A program made the position numbers and the translations under genes. Positions 54,890 to 64,000 of a stretch of 64,000 nucleotides of DNA are shown one piece after another (the stretch's first letter is position 1; each line of letters begins with the position of its first letter). Location of the stretch: the sequence record NC_031126.1; one strand, 5' to 3'. The notes under the pieces are model-generated. The model ran no database searches and was not told where the DNA came from. It saw only the letters and a program-made list of their open reading frames with translations.

Positions 54890-54935
54890 AAGGTACTACC
54901 CACTCCTTTACGGGAGTGGGTAGCTTTCTTTTTTT
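54887..54935. terminator. Bidirectional intrinsic terminator
   Basis: CTACCCACTCC-TTTACG-GGAGTGGGTAG flanked by A and T tracts, between convergent genes. Confidence 0.8.
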
Positions 54936-55551
54936 AATTCGACAAACCGTTCGCTTTCAGAATCTCAATCAACTGTGCATTGAGAGTCTCTAACTCGTTG
55001 TTGCGCTGAGTCAGGGTGTAGACTTGCTCTGAGAGCGGTGTGGTATTACGGATGTTCTGCTTACGCAGTGCTTCCATACGGACGTGGTCTTCTTCGGTGA
55101 TAACACCTTCGAATTCCAGTACCGTTACCTCTGGCGTTGTCTTCACACCAATCGTTCCCGTGACCAATGTACCGAGGTCAGCGGAGAGCTTATCCACATC
55201 TACGTAACCGGGCGTCGGGCCACAGTCAATTACAATCACATTACGACGGTAATCAAGCGTAGATTGTCCCGGATAGCTTTCGAGGAAGGTGTTGGGGATA
55301 AAGCGAATCTCACCGTCAGTGGATTTGAAGGTCAGTATCGCGGCATCCATATCAGCATCGTCCAGATAATCCTGGCGTGCCAAACCAGCCGGTTCGTAGT
55401 ATTCAGAGAACACATCAATCCCGGCACGTTTCAGTTCCGGGAAAGTACGAATGGCTTCTAAACGGTAGACCACGTCAACCGGAACTTCAAACGGTGTGTT
55501 CGTAACAAACGAACCTTCCGTGTTCTCCGGTGGCGTTAATGGAAAACGCAT
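54934..55551 (-). CDS. Putative virion structural protein
   Basis: 205 aa with a C-terminal coiled coil; coupled to the upstream 453-aa gene (GAGG RBS). Confidence 0.65.
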   Translation of the reverse strand: MRFPLTPPENTEGSFVTNTPFEVPVDVVYRLEAIRTFPELKRAGIDVFSEYYEPAGLARQDYLDDADMDAAILTFKSTDGEIRFIPNTFLESYPGQSTLDYRRNVIVIDCGPTPGYVDVDKLSADLGTLVTGTIGVKTTPEVTVLEFEGVITEEDHVRMEALRKQNIRNTTPLSEQVYTLTQRNNELETLNAQLIEILKANGLSN

Positions 55552-55560
55552 CTAGCCTCC

Positions 55561-56922
55561 TCAGCTCTGCCAGACGGCTTTACGAGCCAGTACGCGGAAC
55601 TCTACGTTGTCGAATTCAAACACCCAGTAATAGATGGCAGGATTTTCATCGTCCACCAACTTCACGATATCCAATGAAGTGTTATACGGATGGTATTCTT
55701 CGGCAGCAATCATTGCACGGAAGTACAGGTCAACCCACTCGCTGGTCGTCTTCGACATACGAGCAATGTCTGGGTTTGTCGTACCGATTAACGCGTAGTC
55801 TGGAATGATGTCATGCAAAGTTGCTTTACGTGAATCATTTTCAGTACCAGCGATGGCTACCGCACCAAGCGATTTATACACGGACGGCAGTTCACAAACA
55901 TCGGTTTCCGGCATCGGAACTTCGTTGTTGTTTTTCTGCACAGCGGTCAGTGTCTCCCAAGCACCGAAGGTTGAGATAGCCTTCACCTGGAAATCATATG
56001 GGAGGAGCGGAGAGTATTGTGCTGCGATATCTTCCTGGTTAGGGATTCCACGGATACTCCAACCAGGGACGATGGTGAACTTGGTCGTGGTAAAGATTTC
56101 CGGGAACACTTTCACCCACTCGATAACACCGTTATTCGAGTTCGCTAAGATATACTCTCGTAATGCTTGTTTGATTCTGCTCGGGTTCATACCCGCGCGG
56201 CCATAGATGAGCAACGACATTGGGATGATCATTGTGGAGTTATAATCCTCACGATCATGCCAGGTGTATTCGTTGGTCAGAATGGAGGTGTACGGGTACT
56301 CACCTCGAATCTCGTTCGCCTTTTTATGGTGGTCCGGAAGGTTGAAACCCGACATGGCAATTTCAACAATAGACTTGACCGCCATGAAAGTATCTACCGG
56401 AAGAATGGGCATTAACACCTCAATCTCCCATCCGGTATAGTCCTGACTAAAATCTTCATCAGCAAACCAAACCATGATTTGGTTATCACTGTCGGCCGGG
56501 TTTTCTACCTGACCGGCAGCGACTTCATATTTCCAGCTTATCCAGCGTGGAAACCAGTTTCCGTTCATCTGGATCATTGCTCCAGTAGAAACGGCGCTGA
56601 TGGTATTCTGATACTGTCCTACTAACAGACGTTGAAACTCGGTCTCATCGTTTTTGAAGTTACCCAGAATGGACTGATTGTAAACCCATTGGGTAAGTGC
56701 TAAAATGTGGTCGGTGAAACCCGCCGGAACTTTTACCTTTACCGTATCGCGCAGGTAAGTAAAAGCTACGAGTTCGACCTGGAGGTTTGCCTTTGTGAAG
56801 ACCTGTTTGTTCTTCGCAAAAGACTTGGACAGCTCAGACAATTCGCCGACGGGAGCTACTGCACCATCGGCATCATTATCAGTCAGCGCTGTAATATTGA
56901 TAAAGCCTTGTATATCTAACAT
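55561..56922 (-). CDS. Putative virion structural protein
   Basis: 453 aa; style and divergent position resemble conserved jumbo-phage structural genes; function not recognised. Confidence 0.65.
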   Translation of the reverse strand: MLDIQGFINITALTDNDADGAVAPVGELSELSKSFAKNKQVFTKANLQVELVAFTYLRDTVKVKVPAGFTDHILALTQWVYNQSILGNFKNDETEFQRLLVGQYQNTISAVSTGAMIQMNGNWFPRWISWKYEVAAGQVENPADSDNQIMVWFADEDFSQDYTGWEIEVLMPILPVDTFMAVKSIVEIAMSGFNLPDHHKKANEIRGEYPYTSILTNEYTWHDREDYNSTMIIPMSLLIYGRAGMNPSRIKQALREYILANSNNGVIEWVKVFPEIFTTTKFTIVPGWSIRGIPNQEDIAAQYSPLLPYDFQVKAISTFGAWETLTAVQKNNNEVPMPETDVCELPSVYKSLGAVAIAGTENDSRKATLHDIIPDYALIGTTNPDIARMSKTTSEWVDLYFRAMIAAEEYHPYNTSLDIVKLVDDENPAIYYWVFEFDNVEFRVLARKAVWQS

Positions 56923-56939
56923 TATAAGAAAACTCCGAG

Positions 56940-57443
56940 GTGAGCATGATAGCTGGAATCGTTAAACTACTTCCATTTCTACAGATACTTCTGGAAGCCT
57001 TTCAGCCGGGCGATGGTGAGAGAGTCACCCGCGTCGGTAAAATTACTACACTCGCCTTTGTTTTGCTTTTGACCTATTCGATGTTTGTTTCCTATGCATA
57101 CGTGGTTCAATACCACTCTCTGGTACAAGTACGTGAGCACGACCAGTACATGGAACGTCAGTCCAATGACAAAGATAAAACTTTGGACTTGCAAGCTGAC
57201 GAGTTACGGGCGCTTTACGCACGTATATTCGAATGTCTAAGCAGTCGGCCGCCATATGAAAGTGGCAGTGGACATGCTCAGAAACAACCGGATATGCCTG
57301 CGGCTCCAGTAGCAGCGCCCGAAGCTCCGATACATGCTTCGCCGTCGCCCACGAAAAAGGAAAGTGCGGCGAATAAACCTGTTGGTCCTGCCGACATGAA
57401 TAGGTTCCGTATGGAGATTCTTAAAAATCTTAACGAGGAGTAA
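56940..57443 (+). CDS. Inner-membrane protein with coiled coil and Pro-rich linker (i-spanin-like)
   Basis: TM helix LAFVLLLTYSMFVSYAYVV, periplasmic-type heptad segment, Pro/Ala-rich region; directly upstream of a lipoprotein. Confidence 0.55.
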   Translation: MSMIAGIVKLLPFLQILLEAFQPGDGERVTRVGKITTLAFVLLLTYSMFVSYAYVVQYHSLVQVREHDQYMERQSNDKDKTLDLQADELRALYARIFECLSSRPPYESGSGHAQKQPDMPAAPVAAPEAPIHASPSPTKKESAANKPVGPADMNRFRMEILKNLNEE

Positions 57444-57445
57444 AG

Positions 57446-57916
57446 ATGAGAGCCCTGTTACTCTGCATGACGCTTTTACTGGTGGCTTGCAGTGGCATGG
57501 TTAATGATGACAGAAAGAGCGCAAGCACGGCCTCTGTATGGCCCCTGCGTAACTTGGAGTCTCCACCGACATTGCAAATGGGGATAAGGTCGACCGAAGA
57601 CCCCGGTTTTCAGACCTACATCTCCGAAGTGAATGCGTATGCTTATTACGTGTTCGTCTACGCTCGGAATCTCAACGACTATGCGAAAATGCGCAACTGG
57701 CGAATCCCACAACCGGCTCCCATTTGTGAACGTTTCGAAATCGGTTCATTGAATTCCATTCCGAGTAAAGTAGAGCTGTCAGAGACCGCACGAAATCCGC
57801 AGGATATCAGTCGGGATTTGGCAACGCAATTGAAACGACTTCTCGGCAATTATCGCCAGGATAGAACGGCGTTTTCGCGCGCGCTTCAAGCACATTATGC
57901 CACTTGTATTAACTGA
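57446..57916 (+). CDS. Lipoprotein (o-spanin-like)
   Basis: MRALLLCMTLLLVAC lipobox; GAGGAG RBS; helical C-terminus ending in Cys. Confidence 0.6.
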   Translation: MRALLLCMTLLLVACSGMVNDDRKSASTASVWPLRNLESPPTLQMGIRSTEDPGFQTYISEVNAYAYYVFVYARNLNDYAKMRNWRIPQPAPICERFEIGSLNSIPSKVELSETARNPQDISRDLATQLKRLLGNYRQDRTAFSRALQAHYATCIN

Positions 57917-57919
57917 AAG

Positions 57920-57960
57920 AGTTACCTCACTACCTTCGGGTAGTGAGGTGCTTTATTTTT
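57920..57960 (+). terminator. Intrinsic terminator
   Basis: ACCTCACTACC-TTCG-GGTAGTGAGGT followed by CTTTATTTTT. Confidence 0.85.
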
Positions 57961-58003
57961 ACAGCACCAACCATTCTAATGTATACCCAAAAGGAGAGTT
58001 CAC

Positions 58004-58771
58004 ATGTCCACTGACATCGCTGTAGGCAGTCAACGCACGCCTTCAATCCACGAAGCAGCACCTGTACGTGTTCCAGTAATTGTTATCGGTGTTGACGCCG
58101 AAACCAAATCCATGCGTTCCGATGCCTACCCGATTGCTCTGGGTATGGCTGCTTGGGATGTAACCACTTTACGCCTCATCGGTGCGTTCTATCAGACCAT
58201 CGACCCGAATGACGAAAAAGCTAAAGCTATCTTCCATGAAGACCCAGGCACGATGGCCTGGTGGCGTGGTGAAGGTGATAACCCTGCCTATGCGCCGTCA
58301 CCGGAAGCGTATAAAGAAGCTTTCTCTGGCACCATGAAGATGCCGGAAGTATTGTGGGCCGCCTATAAGTTCCTCGAAGGATTTAAAGCGGGCAACAAGA
58401 ATGTTACGCTGACTATGCGTGGGCCAGACTTCGATGCACCGGTTCTGATGAACGCGTTTGCCCAGTGTGACGTCCCGACGAGTATTTTACGACGCTTCTC
58501 TATGCTGGACTCTGACCGTACTGCCGAACGTATTGCATCAGCGATGGGCCTTGAGCCAAACTATGAAGCGGAGTCCCACAACTGGACTCGTGGTAAGGAA
58601 GCGTATTTACACCATGCTGGTTACGATGCTGCGCGTGAAGGTTATGTCACGGCGCGTATCTATCACCTGGCCTTGATTGGCAAGCGTCATGGATTTGAGC
58701 GTATGGTTGAAGCACATCATCAGATCTGTACCGGTGAATACGCCCCTATGGAATTTTTAAGAGAGGCATAA
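58004..58771 (+). CDS. DEDDh 3'-5' exonuclease (DnaQ/RNase T-like)
   Basis: ExoI GVDAET, ExoII RGPDFD, ExoIII HHAGYDA..E. Confidence 0.88.
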   Translation: MSTDIAVGSQRTPSIHEAAPVRVPVIVIGVDAETKSMRSDAYPIALGMAAWDVTTLRLIGAFYQTIDPNDEKAKAIFHEDPGTMAWWRGEGDNPAYAPSPEAYKEAFSGTMKMPEVLWAAYKFLEGFKAGNKNVTLTMRGPDFDAPVLMNAFAQCDVPTSILRRFSMLDSDRTAERIASAMGLEPNYEAESHNWTRGKEAYLHHAGYDAAREGYVTARIYHLALIGKRHGFERMVEAHHQICTGEYAPMEFLREA

Positions 58772-60297
58772 TGGACATCAAAGATGTAGATGTTGCAATC
58801 ATCTACACCGATGGTAGTCACCTGAACACCCCGCCCGGAACCGGTGCGGGGATTCACGGCTATCTATTTAATCACGGTGTACTCGAAGACAACATGGCTT
58901 ATCGTTATAACGGTGCTACGGAACACGTCACCACGATGGGCTACAAGAAGTTTCCGCAAGATGTGAAAGTCCCGGATGTTCCCGATACGGTAGAATTCGT
59001 GGATGCGTTTATTCCGGTACCCGCACACTTCTGGTCTGACGTGGCTGAATTGACTGCGTTTATCACGCTGTTCGAATCCGCGCCTTTCCGTGCTAAGAAC
59101 TATGTCGTCTACGTCGATGCGTCTTATCTGGTAAATGCCTGGAACCTGTGGATTGATAACTGGAAGAAAAAGAATTGGACGAAGGCTGATGGTAGTCCAA
59201 TTGGCAACCGGGATTTGATTATCAAGATTAGCGAAATCAAAGACCGTATGCACAGCGAAGGTCGCAGTGTTCGTGTGGTCAAGATTAAAGGCCATGCTGG
59301 GCATTATGGTAATGAACGTGCTGATCAGATGGCAGGTAAAGCATCAGCCATGGTTGCCGCCGGTAAAGGGATTGAGTATCGCCCTTACTGGTCAACCGAA
59401 GAGTTGCCTGAGGAACTGACTCTTGAAGGGCCAGAGGAATCATTGGCTGCGGGGATTACCGATTTCCCACTTCTGACCTCCACGGTGAAGTTCTGTTATC
59501 CGATGGTAAACGAACCACATCCGGAAGTGACAGTTAATGGTGAGTCCTGGAAGTATATGTTCGGCGGTAACCACGCAAAGAACAAGGATGACGTGGTCTT
59601 CATTGGTAAGATGATTCCCGATGCACAATTCGCTGTCTTCTTTAACAAAGACGGCTGGGATAACGTCTACACATTGGTGAACACGCACTGTGACCGTGCT
59701 TGGGAGGGCGTTCCGCGTCTCCAACGTTTTGATCCAATGGCCATCGTGTACAACGACTTCATTAAGCGTAAGAAGTTTGTTGAAGCGACGAAGGATGGGT
59801 TGCCGTTGAGCCACATGCCGTTAAGTGACGACCGTAATGTTTGCATGTTTGATGATTTGCTAATCACCCGTTTGCTACGACCAGCGTTGCTGTCGTATCG
59901 TGCGTTGGAGATTCGCGATGAGTTAGCAGGCTGGTTACGTGACTCCATTGAAGGGCAACGTGATGTGGTACTGAATGATATCACGGACTTGCTGTTTGAC
60001 GAGAACGGTAAGCCTCGTAAGGACTTCTACCGTACCGTTGACCGTTCGTTCAGTGTAAAGGTGGGCTATGCACATACCGAGAAGACCATCCCGGTGATTC
60101 TGACGCGTGGTACCGATATTCCGGGACGTACGGAACTGAACCGTATCAAAGAACCTACAGGTCGCTACTACGTCGCTACACGCCGCACACAGGAGCGTTG
60201 TGTCGAGTATGCAGTGGTTTACATCGGTGAGCAGCATCATGGCCTGTGGTGTGGCTACTACGCTAATAAGCGTATCTTGCAAGAGGAAGAGGTGTGA
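58771..60297 (+). CDS. rnhA: Ribonuclease HI with long C-terminal extension
   Basis: YTDGS, AEL.A, VDASY, W..NW...NW....G.PI.N.DL, KIKGHAGH.GNERAD. Confidence 0.93.
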   Translation: MDIKDVDVAIIYTDGSHLNTPPGTGAGIHGYLFNHGVLEDNMAYRYNGATEHVTTMGYKKFPQDVKVPDVPDTVEFVDAFIPVPAHFWSDVAELTAFITLFESAPFRAKNYVVYVDASYLVNAWNLWIDNWKKKNWTKADGSPIGNRDLIIKISEIKDRMHSEGRSVRVVKIKGHAGHYGNERADQMAGKASAMVAAGKGIEYRPYWSTEELPEELTLEGPEESLAAGITDFPLLTSTVKFCYPMVNEPHPEVTVNGESWKYMFGGNHAKNKDDVVFIGKMIPDAQFAVFFNKDGWDNVYTLVNTHCDRAWEGVPRLQRFDPMAIVYNDFIKRKKFVEATKDGLPLSHMPLSDDRNVCMFDDLLITRLLRPALLSYRALEIRDELAGWLRDSIEGQRDVVLNDITDLLFDENGKPRKDFYRTVDRSFSVKVGYAHTEKTIPVILTRGTDIPGRTELNRIKEPTGRYYVATRRTQERCVEYAVVYIGEQHHGLWCGYYANKRILQEEEV

Positions 60298-61052
60298 TAA
60301 AACTCATCAGTGAAACATTAACGATGCACAGCCAAACGTTAATGGAAGCGATGAAAGAGTATGCGTACAAGACGTGGGTGACCAATAGCGCAGAGTGTGG
60401 GGTAGGTAATGCTATCCCTAACTTTGACCACGATGCAGTGAGCCGCGAAGGCATGGCCGGGGTAGTCGCCCGGCTTATCCTCGATGCGCTTGCCGCGACA
60501 AACGCGCGCTATGATTACATACACCATCCGGAGGTGGAACTCCCGCAAAACCCGACACCCAAGTATAAAGCTTGGCGTGAATCAGGTAATGCCGGTATGT
60601 TCACCATCATGGAAATGTACGATGCTCATTGTCGTGAATTGAAAATGTCACCGTTGTTAAATGCGGCCATCAAATGGTTCACTACGCAGTTTGTCGATGA
60701 GATGTATCGTCTCGGATTTGCCGATGACCGTTTCCCAGGTTGGGATAACGATTCGGTGGTCTATGTCACATGGGAAACACTGACCCAGCAGCTGTTGGAT
60801 GGACGGGTCATTCTTCCGGTGTTGAGCTACACTGACTACGACTGGAAAGCCGAGGCACCTTCTATTGATGGAATCCGTAAGGAGATAGCAGAAACACCAT
60901 ACGGTTTCTTGTTCCAGAACGACAGCTATGTGATGTACGATTACGCAGCACGCTACATTCTCGATCCCGATGACCAAGATTCGGATGAAGATCCGGGAGT
61001 TGAACTTTACGCCTTGAAGCCCGAGGTAATAGAACAACTCAAAAATCTCTGA
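60294..61052 (+). CDS. Hypothetical protein
   Basis: 252 aa, GTGA overlap with the RNase H stop. Confidence 0.7.
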   Translation: MIKLISETLTMHSQTLMEAMKEYAYKTWVTNSAECGVGNAIPNFDHDAVSREGMAGVVARLILDALAATNARYDYIHHPEVELPQNPTPKYKAWRESGNAGMFTIMEMYDAHCRELKMSPLLNAAIKWFTTQFVDEMYRLGFADDRFPGWDNDSVVYVTWETLTQQLLDGRVILPVLSYTDYDWKAEAPSIDGIRKEIAETPYGFLFQNDSYVMYDYAARYILDPDDQDSDEDPGVELYALKPEVIEQLKNL

Positions 61053-61071
61053 GATAGATATTATCTTGGTG
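61050..61071 (+). promoter_or_regulatory. Putative phage early promoter (copy 4)
   Basis: TGAGATAGATATTATCTTGGTG, ~22 nt before the next ATG. Confidence 0.65.
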
Positions 61072-61093
61072 ATGTGTTCAGAAGGAGTATCAA

Positions 61094-61831
61094 ATGCTTA
61101 CCATAGAGGTACCTGAATTACGACGGTACAATCCGGAATTCTTCCGGCAGCTGTTTGACCAGCTATGGCCCGGATTTCATCTCGGGCATCTTGGTGAGGG
61201 TTTGCACGAACCACATCTCGTTGATGTATTCTTTGTGGATAGCGTCTCCATTACGATGGAGACGTTTACCCGTTCAATTGATGAGATGGTGCAAGCTGTT
61301 AATGTAAGGCGTCCCCTCGACCTGAACTATGTGATTTACGACTACAACGATTACATGGATACGTACGCGTTTGAAGACCCCGAGATGCCCAATATCGACA
61401 TGGAGCGTCTTGAGGGTCTAATGTTTGATTTTTTCCATTACCTTATCGAGTACATGATAGCGCCGGAGTTTCTGGCAGCGGTCACCGCAGAACTCACAAG
61501 GTCATGGGAGAGTCTCAATAACATCGTTGGGAAATATGGCGTCATTGGTATTTGGTACGAGCCGTATGTTGGTGCGAACAACATGTGGGTTAGTGGGGAC
61601 AAAGTCTTCGGTATTCAGGAAGGCGATTTCCGGGTGATGCATACCGCGCCTTGGGAGGGGAACCACAGCAACAGTGCTTTCTATCCTCACCTCAGTAATG
61701 CAGATGATGAATTCTACTGGCTTGCCCCGTACATGATTAAATCAAGTTACGCGAACGATATTATCCCGCGTGGAGAAACCGTTAGCTTATGTCGTCTCAA
61801 TGAAAGCGTCATCCGTCAGATGGATCAATAA
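61094..61831 (+). CDS. Hypothetical acidic protein
   Basis: 245 aa, AAGGAG RBS. Confidence 0.75.
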   Translation: MLTIEVPELRRYNPEFFRQLFDQLWPGFHLGHLGEGLHEPHLVDVFFVDSVSITMETFTRSIDEMVQAVNVRRPLDLNYVIYDYNDYMDTYAFEDPEMPNIDMERLEGLMFDFFHYLIEYMIAPEFLAAVTAELTRSWESLNNIVGKYGVIGIWYEPYVGANNMWVSGDKVFGIQEGDFRVMHTAPWEGNHSNSAFYPHLSNADDEFYWLAPYMIKSSYANDIIPRGETVSLCRLNESVIRQMDQ

Positions 61832-61841
61832 GGAGAATCAA

Positions 61842-62207
61842 ATGAATATTTTAGAAACTATAGGTAAGTACGCAGCAGATTTTAATAACCCAGGTGTGAT
61901 GTTAGTCTTCGTGCCACGCGATCTGAATATGGATGCCGCTGGCCCACAAAAGCCTGGTGTTTTTGATGCGACCGGCGATAGTCGTTTCGACTGTACACGC
62001 CTGCGTAATATTCGTGCGGAGGCAGTGGAGACTAACCAGCTCCGCATACTGTTTATCGCTTCTGGTACCGGTGGGTCTTTGTTGGAGAACGAAGTCGATG
62101 TGTCATTATCGGTAGAATTCGGAATGACTAGCGGCTGGGTAAAAGTCCAGAAATTCCGTTCCGTTGCTGAGAAACCAAAAGACACGGTATTCATCTACGA
62201 GGCGTAA
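61842..62207 (+). CDS. Hypothetical protein
   Basis: Start reassigned to ATG 61842 (AAGGAG RBS). Confidence 0.7.
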   Translation: MNILETIGKYAADFNNPGVMLVFVPRDLNMDAAGPQKPGVFDATGDSRFDCTRLRNIRAEAVETNQLRILFIASGTGGSLLENEVDVSLSVEFGMTSGWVKVQKFRSVAEKPKDTVFIYEA

Positions 62208-62209
62208 GC

Positions 62210-63043
62210 ATGAAACGTGTACATCTGCACTTACTGTCGGCATTACACGATCACCTCCACCGTATGGCTGGGCCTAAATACCATAACGCGGCACAGACCG
62301 CGTATTTGGTTGTGGCGAGGGAGATAGCGAAGTTATATCTCCCGGATATGCACGCGTCTGTCTATCACTCCCTGACGGCCAGACTGTTTGATATTGAACA
62401 GTCGGCAGTTGGTCTCGCCCGTATGGCACCACTCGAGTATCGCGATGCTTGGTTATGTCAGGACTTGCGTGAGTCGGGCTGTATGTCTGACTGTGAGAAG
62501 GCGGTGGAATTAGTCTCACGTATCTGTGGGAATTACGACTGGGCGGCACGTCACCGTAAACACCACCCTCTGGATTCCAGTTATGAAACAAACATCGGTA
62601 TTTTGAACACGCTATACGACGTGGCTAACTACTACGATGCGTATCTGATGTTTGCTACCGACGAAGACCTGTTGCGTTACAGCATGTGGTTCGCTGGAGA
62701 TATGGAAGAGGAAGCGGAGGGATTCTATGTTCGTTTCTATCACGATATCGGTGACGACGCTGAATATGAAGCGTTGCTGAAAGAGTTCCCAGCTAATGGT
62801 CTACCACATAAGTTCATGTGGCGACACGACCATGCGCCGTGCACACCAATCACCGGTGAAACGCGGTACAAGAACATCTCGATTCTCGATTTAGAGAAAT
62901 ACGGGAAACACTGCATCGATAAGCTCTCCAAAGGGGACGAGTTATGCGTTGTGTTTACAGCCACGCGCTTATGCGATTACAAGTCGGTTATAGCCGTATC
63001 CCAGTTTCGGGACAAAATGAAAACGGTGGATGGGAATACTTGA
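62210..63043 (+). CDS. Hypothetical protein
   Basis: 277 aa, GAGG RBS. Confidence 0.7.
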   Translation: MKRVHLHLLSALHDHLHRMAGPKYHNAAQTAYLVVAREIAKLYLPDMHASVYHSLTARLFDIEQSAVGLARMAPLEYRDAWLCQDLRESGCMSDCEKAVELVSRICGNYDWAARHRKHHPLDSSYETNIGILNTLYDVANYYDAYLMFATDEDLLRYSMWFAGDMEEEAEGFYVRFYHDIGDDAEYEALLKEFPANGLPHKFMWRHDHAPCTPITGETRYKNISILDLEKYGKHCIDKLSKGDELCVVFTATRLCDYKSVIAVSQFRDKMKTVDGNT

Positions 63044-63405
63044 TGTTAGCGTCGCTGGTGATGGAGTGTGCCACCCGCGGATACATTCTCCCTAGCGTCC
63101 GACAACAACATCACGTTACGACGATTCTGCGTGAGAAATACAATTTCATGTTCACCACGCATGAAGTCAATTTTAAACGTATCTACGATATTGTACGAGA
63201 CCATCTAGCCGAAGTCATTTACGAACTCCGTACCGAGTTACGAATGATTCTCGACACCCACAACCTGACCCAGACCGATTTGTATTTTACGCCTGTCGAC
63301 TTAGTGCAGTGTCGTTATCACATTCGGTCTTTAGAAGAACAAACCATAGATGCTTTGGCATTAAGGACTAGCGATGCAGTTAATTCTCGATTTCTCGCTC
63401 TCTGA
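63043..63405 (+). CDS. Hypothetical protein
   Basis: Start reassigned to ATG 63043 (TGATG coupling with the upstream stop). Confidence 0.6.
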   Translation: MLASLVMECATRGYILPSVRQQHHVTTILREKYNFMFTTHEVNFKRIYDIVRDHLAEVIYELRTELRMILDTHNLTQTDLYFTPVDLVQCRYHIRSLEEQTIDALALRTSDAVNSRFLAL

Positions 63406-63919
63406 TTCACGCGTTGCCTTGAATAAGGCTTTGGGTGAAATGAAAGCAGAACTGACGTTTGAAGTCAATGAAGCGGTAAGTAAGTACGAAAACAGTAAGA
63501 AGTCCGAAACAGGTAAGCCGCACTACCTGGTTGAGTCTGCTGCTGTAATCGATACGGCTATCTCCTACATCACTGACAAACTCCGGAACATTCTTCAGTT
63601 TCCGCATCGTATTCCATTTCTCTGCTACGAATCGATTGAAGAAATCCTCGCATTGATTCAGTCTGGCTTTACTTCAGCATCGCAATCGCTGGACGAAATT
63701 GCCACTATCAACATCAATGAAGTGTACGTCTCGATTCCACGCGAGTGGGACGAGTCAGTTAACACGTTTGAAATGGTAGGGTTATCGGAGTTATTTGATT
63801 CCGAGTCTATCCTTACCATGGATAACATCATCAAGCACGCCCAGGATAAAGTCATTCAAATCTGCCGTAACGAATTGGCCTACAATCTGGAGTGCATGCA
63901 AAAAGCGACCAGCGTATGA
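63374..63919 (+). CDS. Hypothetical protein
   Basis: 181 aa, AAGGA RBS. Confidence 0.7.
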   Translation: MQLILDFSLSDSRVALNKALGEMKAELTFEVNEAVSKYENSKKSETGKPHYLVESAAVIDTAISYITDKLRNILQFPHRIPFLCYESIEEILALIQSGFTSASQSLDEIATININEVYVSIPREWDESVNTFEMVGLSELFDSESILTMDNIIKHAQDKVIQICRNELAYNLECMQKATSV

Positions 63920-64000
63920 AATTGATAATCAACTTCACACCGGAAGGGCATGAAGACGTCTGGAAGAAATTGATGGGCGATTTGTTCTCCAACTATCGGC
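63916..64000 (+). CDS. Hypothetical protein, 3'-truncated by window edge
   Basis: ATGA overlap with the upstream stop; open to the end of the window (MKLIINFTPEGHEDVWKKLMGDLFSNYR). Confidence 0.5.
   Translation, partial: MKLIINFTPEGHEDVWKKLMGDLFSNYR

Noticed and set aside
1-64000. Numerous 60-145-aa antisense or overlapping ORFs in the track; tRNA, rRNA, CRISPR, IS, integrase, intron/intein
   Set aside because: The short ORFs lie inside long, motif-bearing genes on the other strand or frame. No cloverleaf, repeat-spacer array, transposase/integrase motif or intein/homing-endonuclease signature was recognised by eye; tRNAscan-SE/Infernal would be needed to exclude RNAs fully.

Overview
This 64-kb window is from a large lytic dsDNA myovirus. 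The best fit is a phiKZ/SPN3US-like jumbo phage of an enterobacterial host; this is inferred from an RNase HI with a long C-terminal extension, an SbcC/Rad50 ATPase, a phiKZ-gp144-like SLT lysin, paralogous virion-protein families and a repeated TATATTAC-like early promoter. Layout: (i) 1-15282 (+) holds four tandem A-B-C triplets of related putative receptor-binding/virion proteins and three short paralogues that share a C-terminal GELDGF tag. (ii) 15350-36453 (-) is a long late tail operon with three 1.2-1.7-kaa fibre paralogues and a 401-aa fibre shaft. Embedded in it is a RiPP-like cassette: three Cys-rich CxxxC/CxxC-repeat peptides with conserved ~50-aa N-termini, two radical SAM enzymes (one with a full SPASM domain), two unknown proteins and a DUF4376 fibre-chaperone-like gene. 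A GH108 lysozyme, an unlisted 44-aa membrane protein and DUF1353 follow. (iii) 36520-39257 holds a structural gene, a DUF1471 protein and the central spike. (iv) 39471-64000 holds mostly early/middle genes: three secreted disulfide paralogues, SbcC, GNAT, a small protein with an exact EF-Tu N-terminal 12-mer, a macrodomain, SLT, a spanin-like pair, a DEDD exonuclease and RNase H. The most promising undescribed system is the phage radical-SAM/Cys-repeat cassette, whose 'leaders' resemble tail-fibre trimer segments; this suggests post-translationally cross-linked fibre-tip adhesins. All family assignments are by motif recognition from memory, with no database search. No tRNA, rRNA, CRISPR array, integrase or reverse transcriptase was seen.
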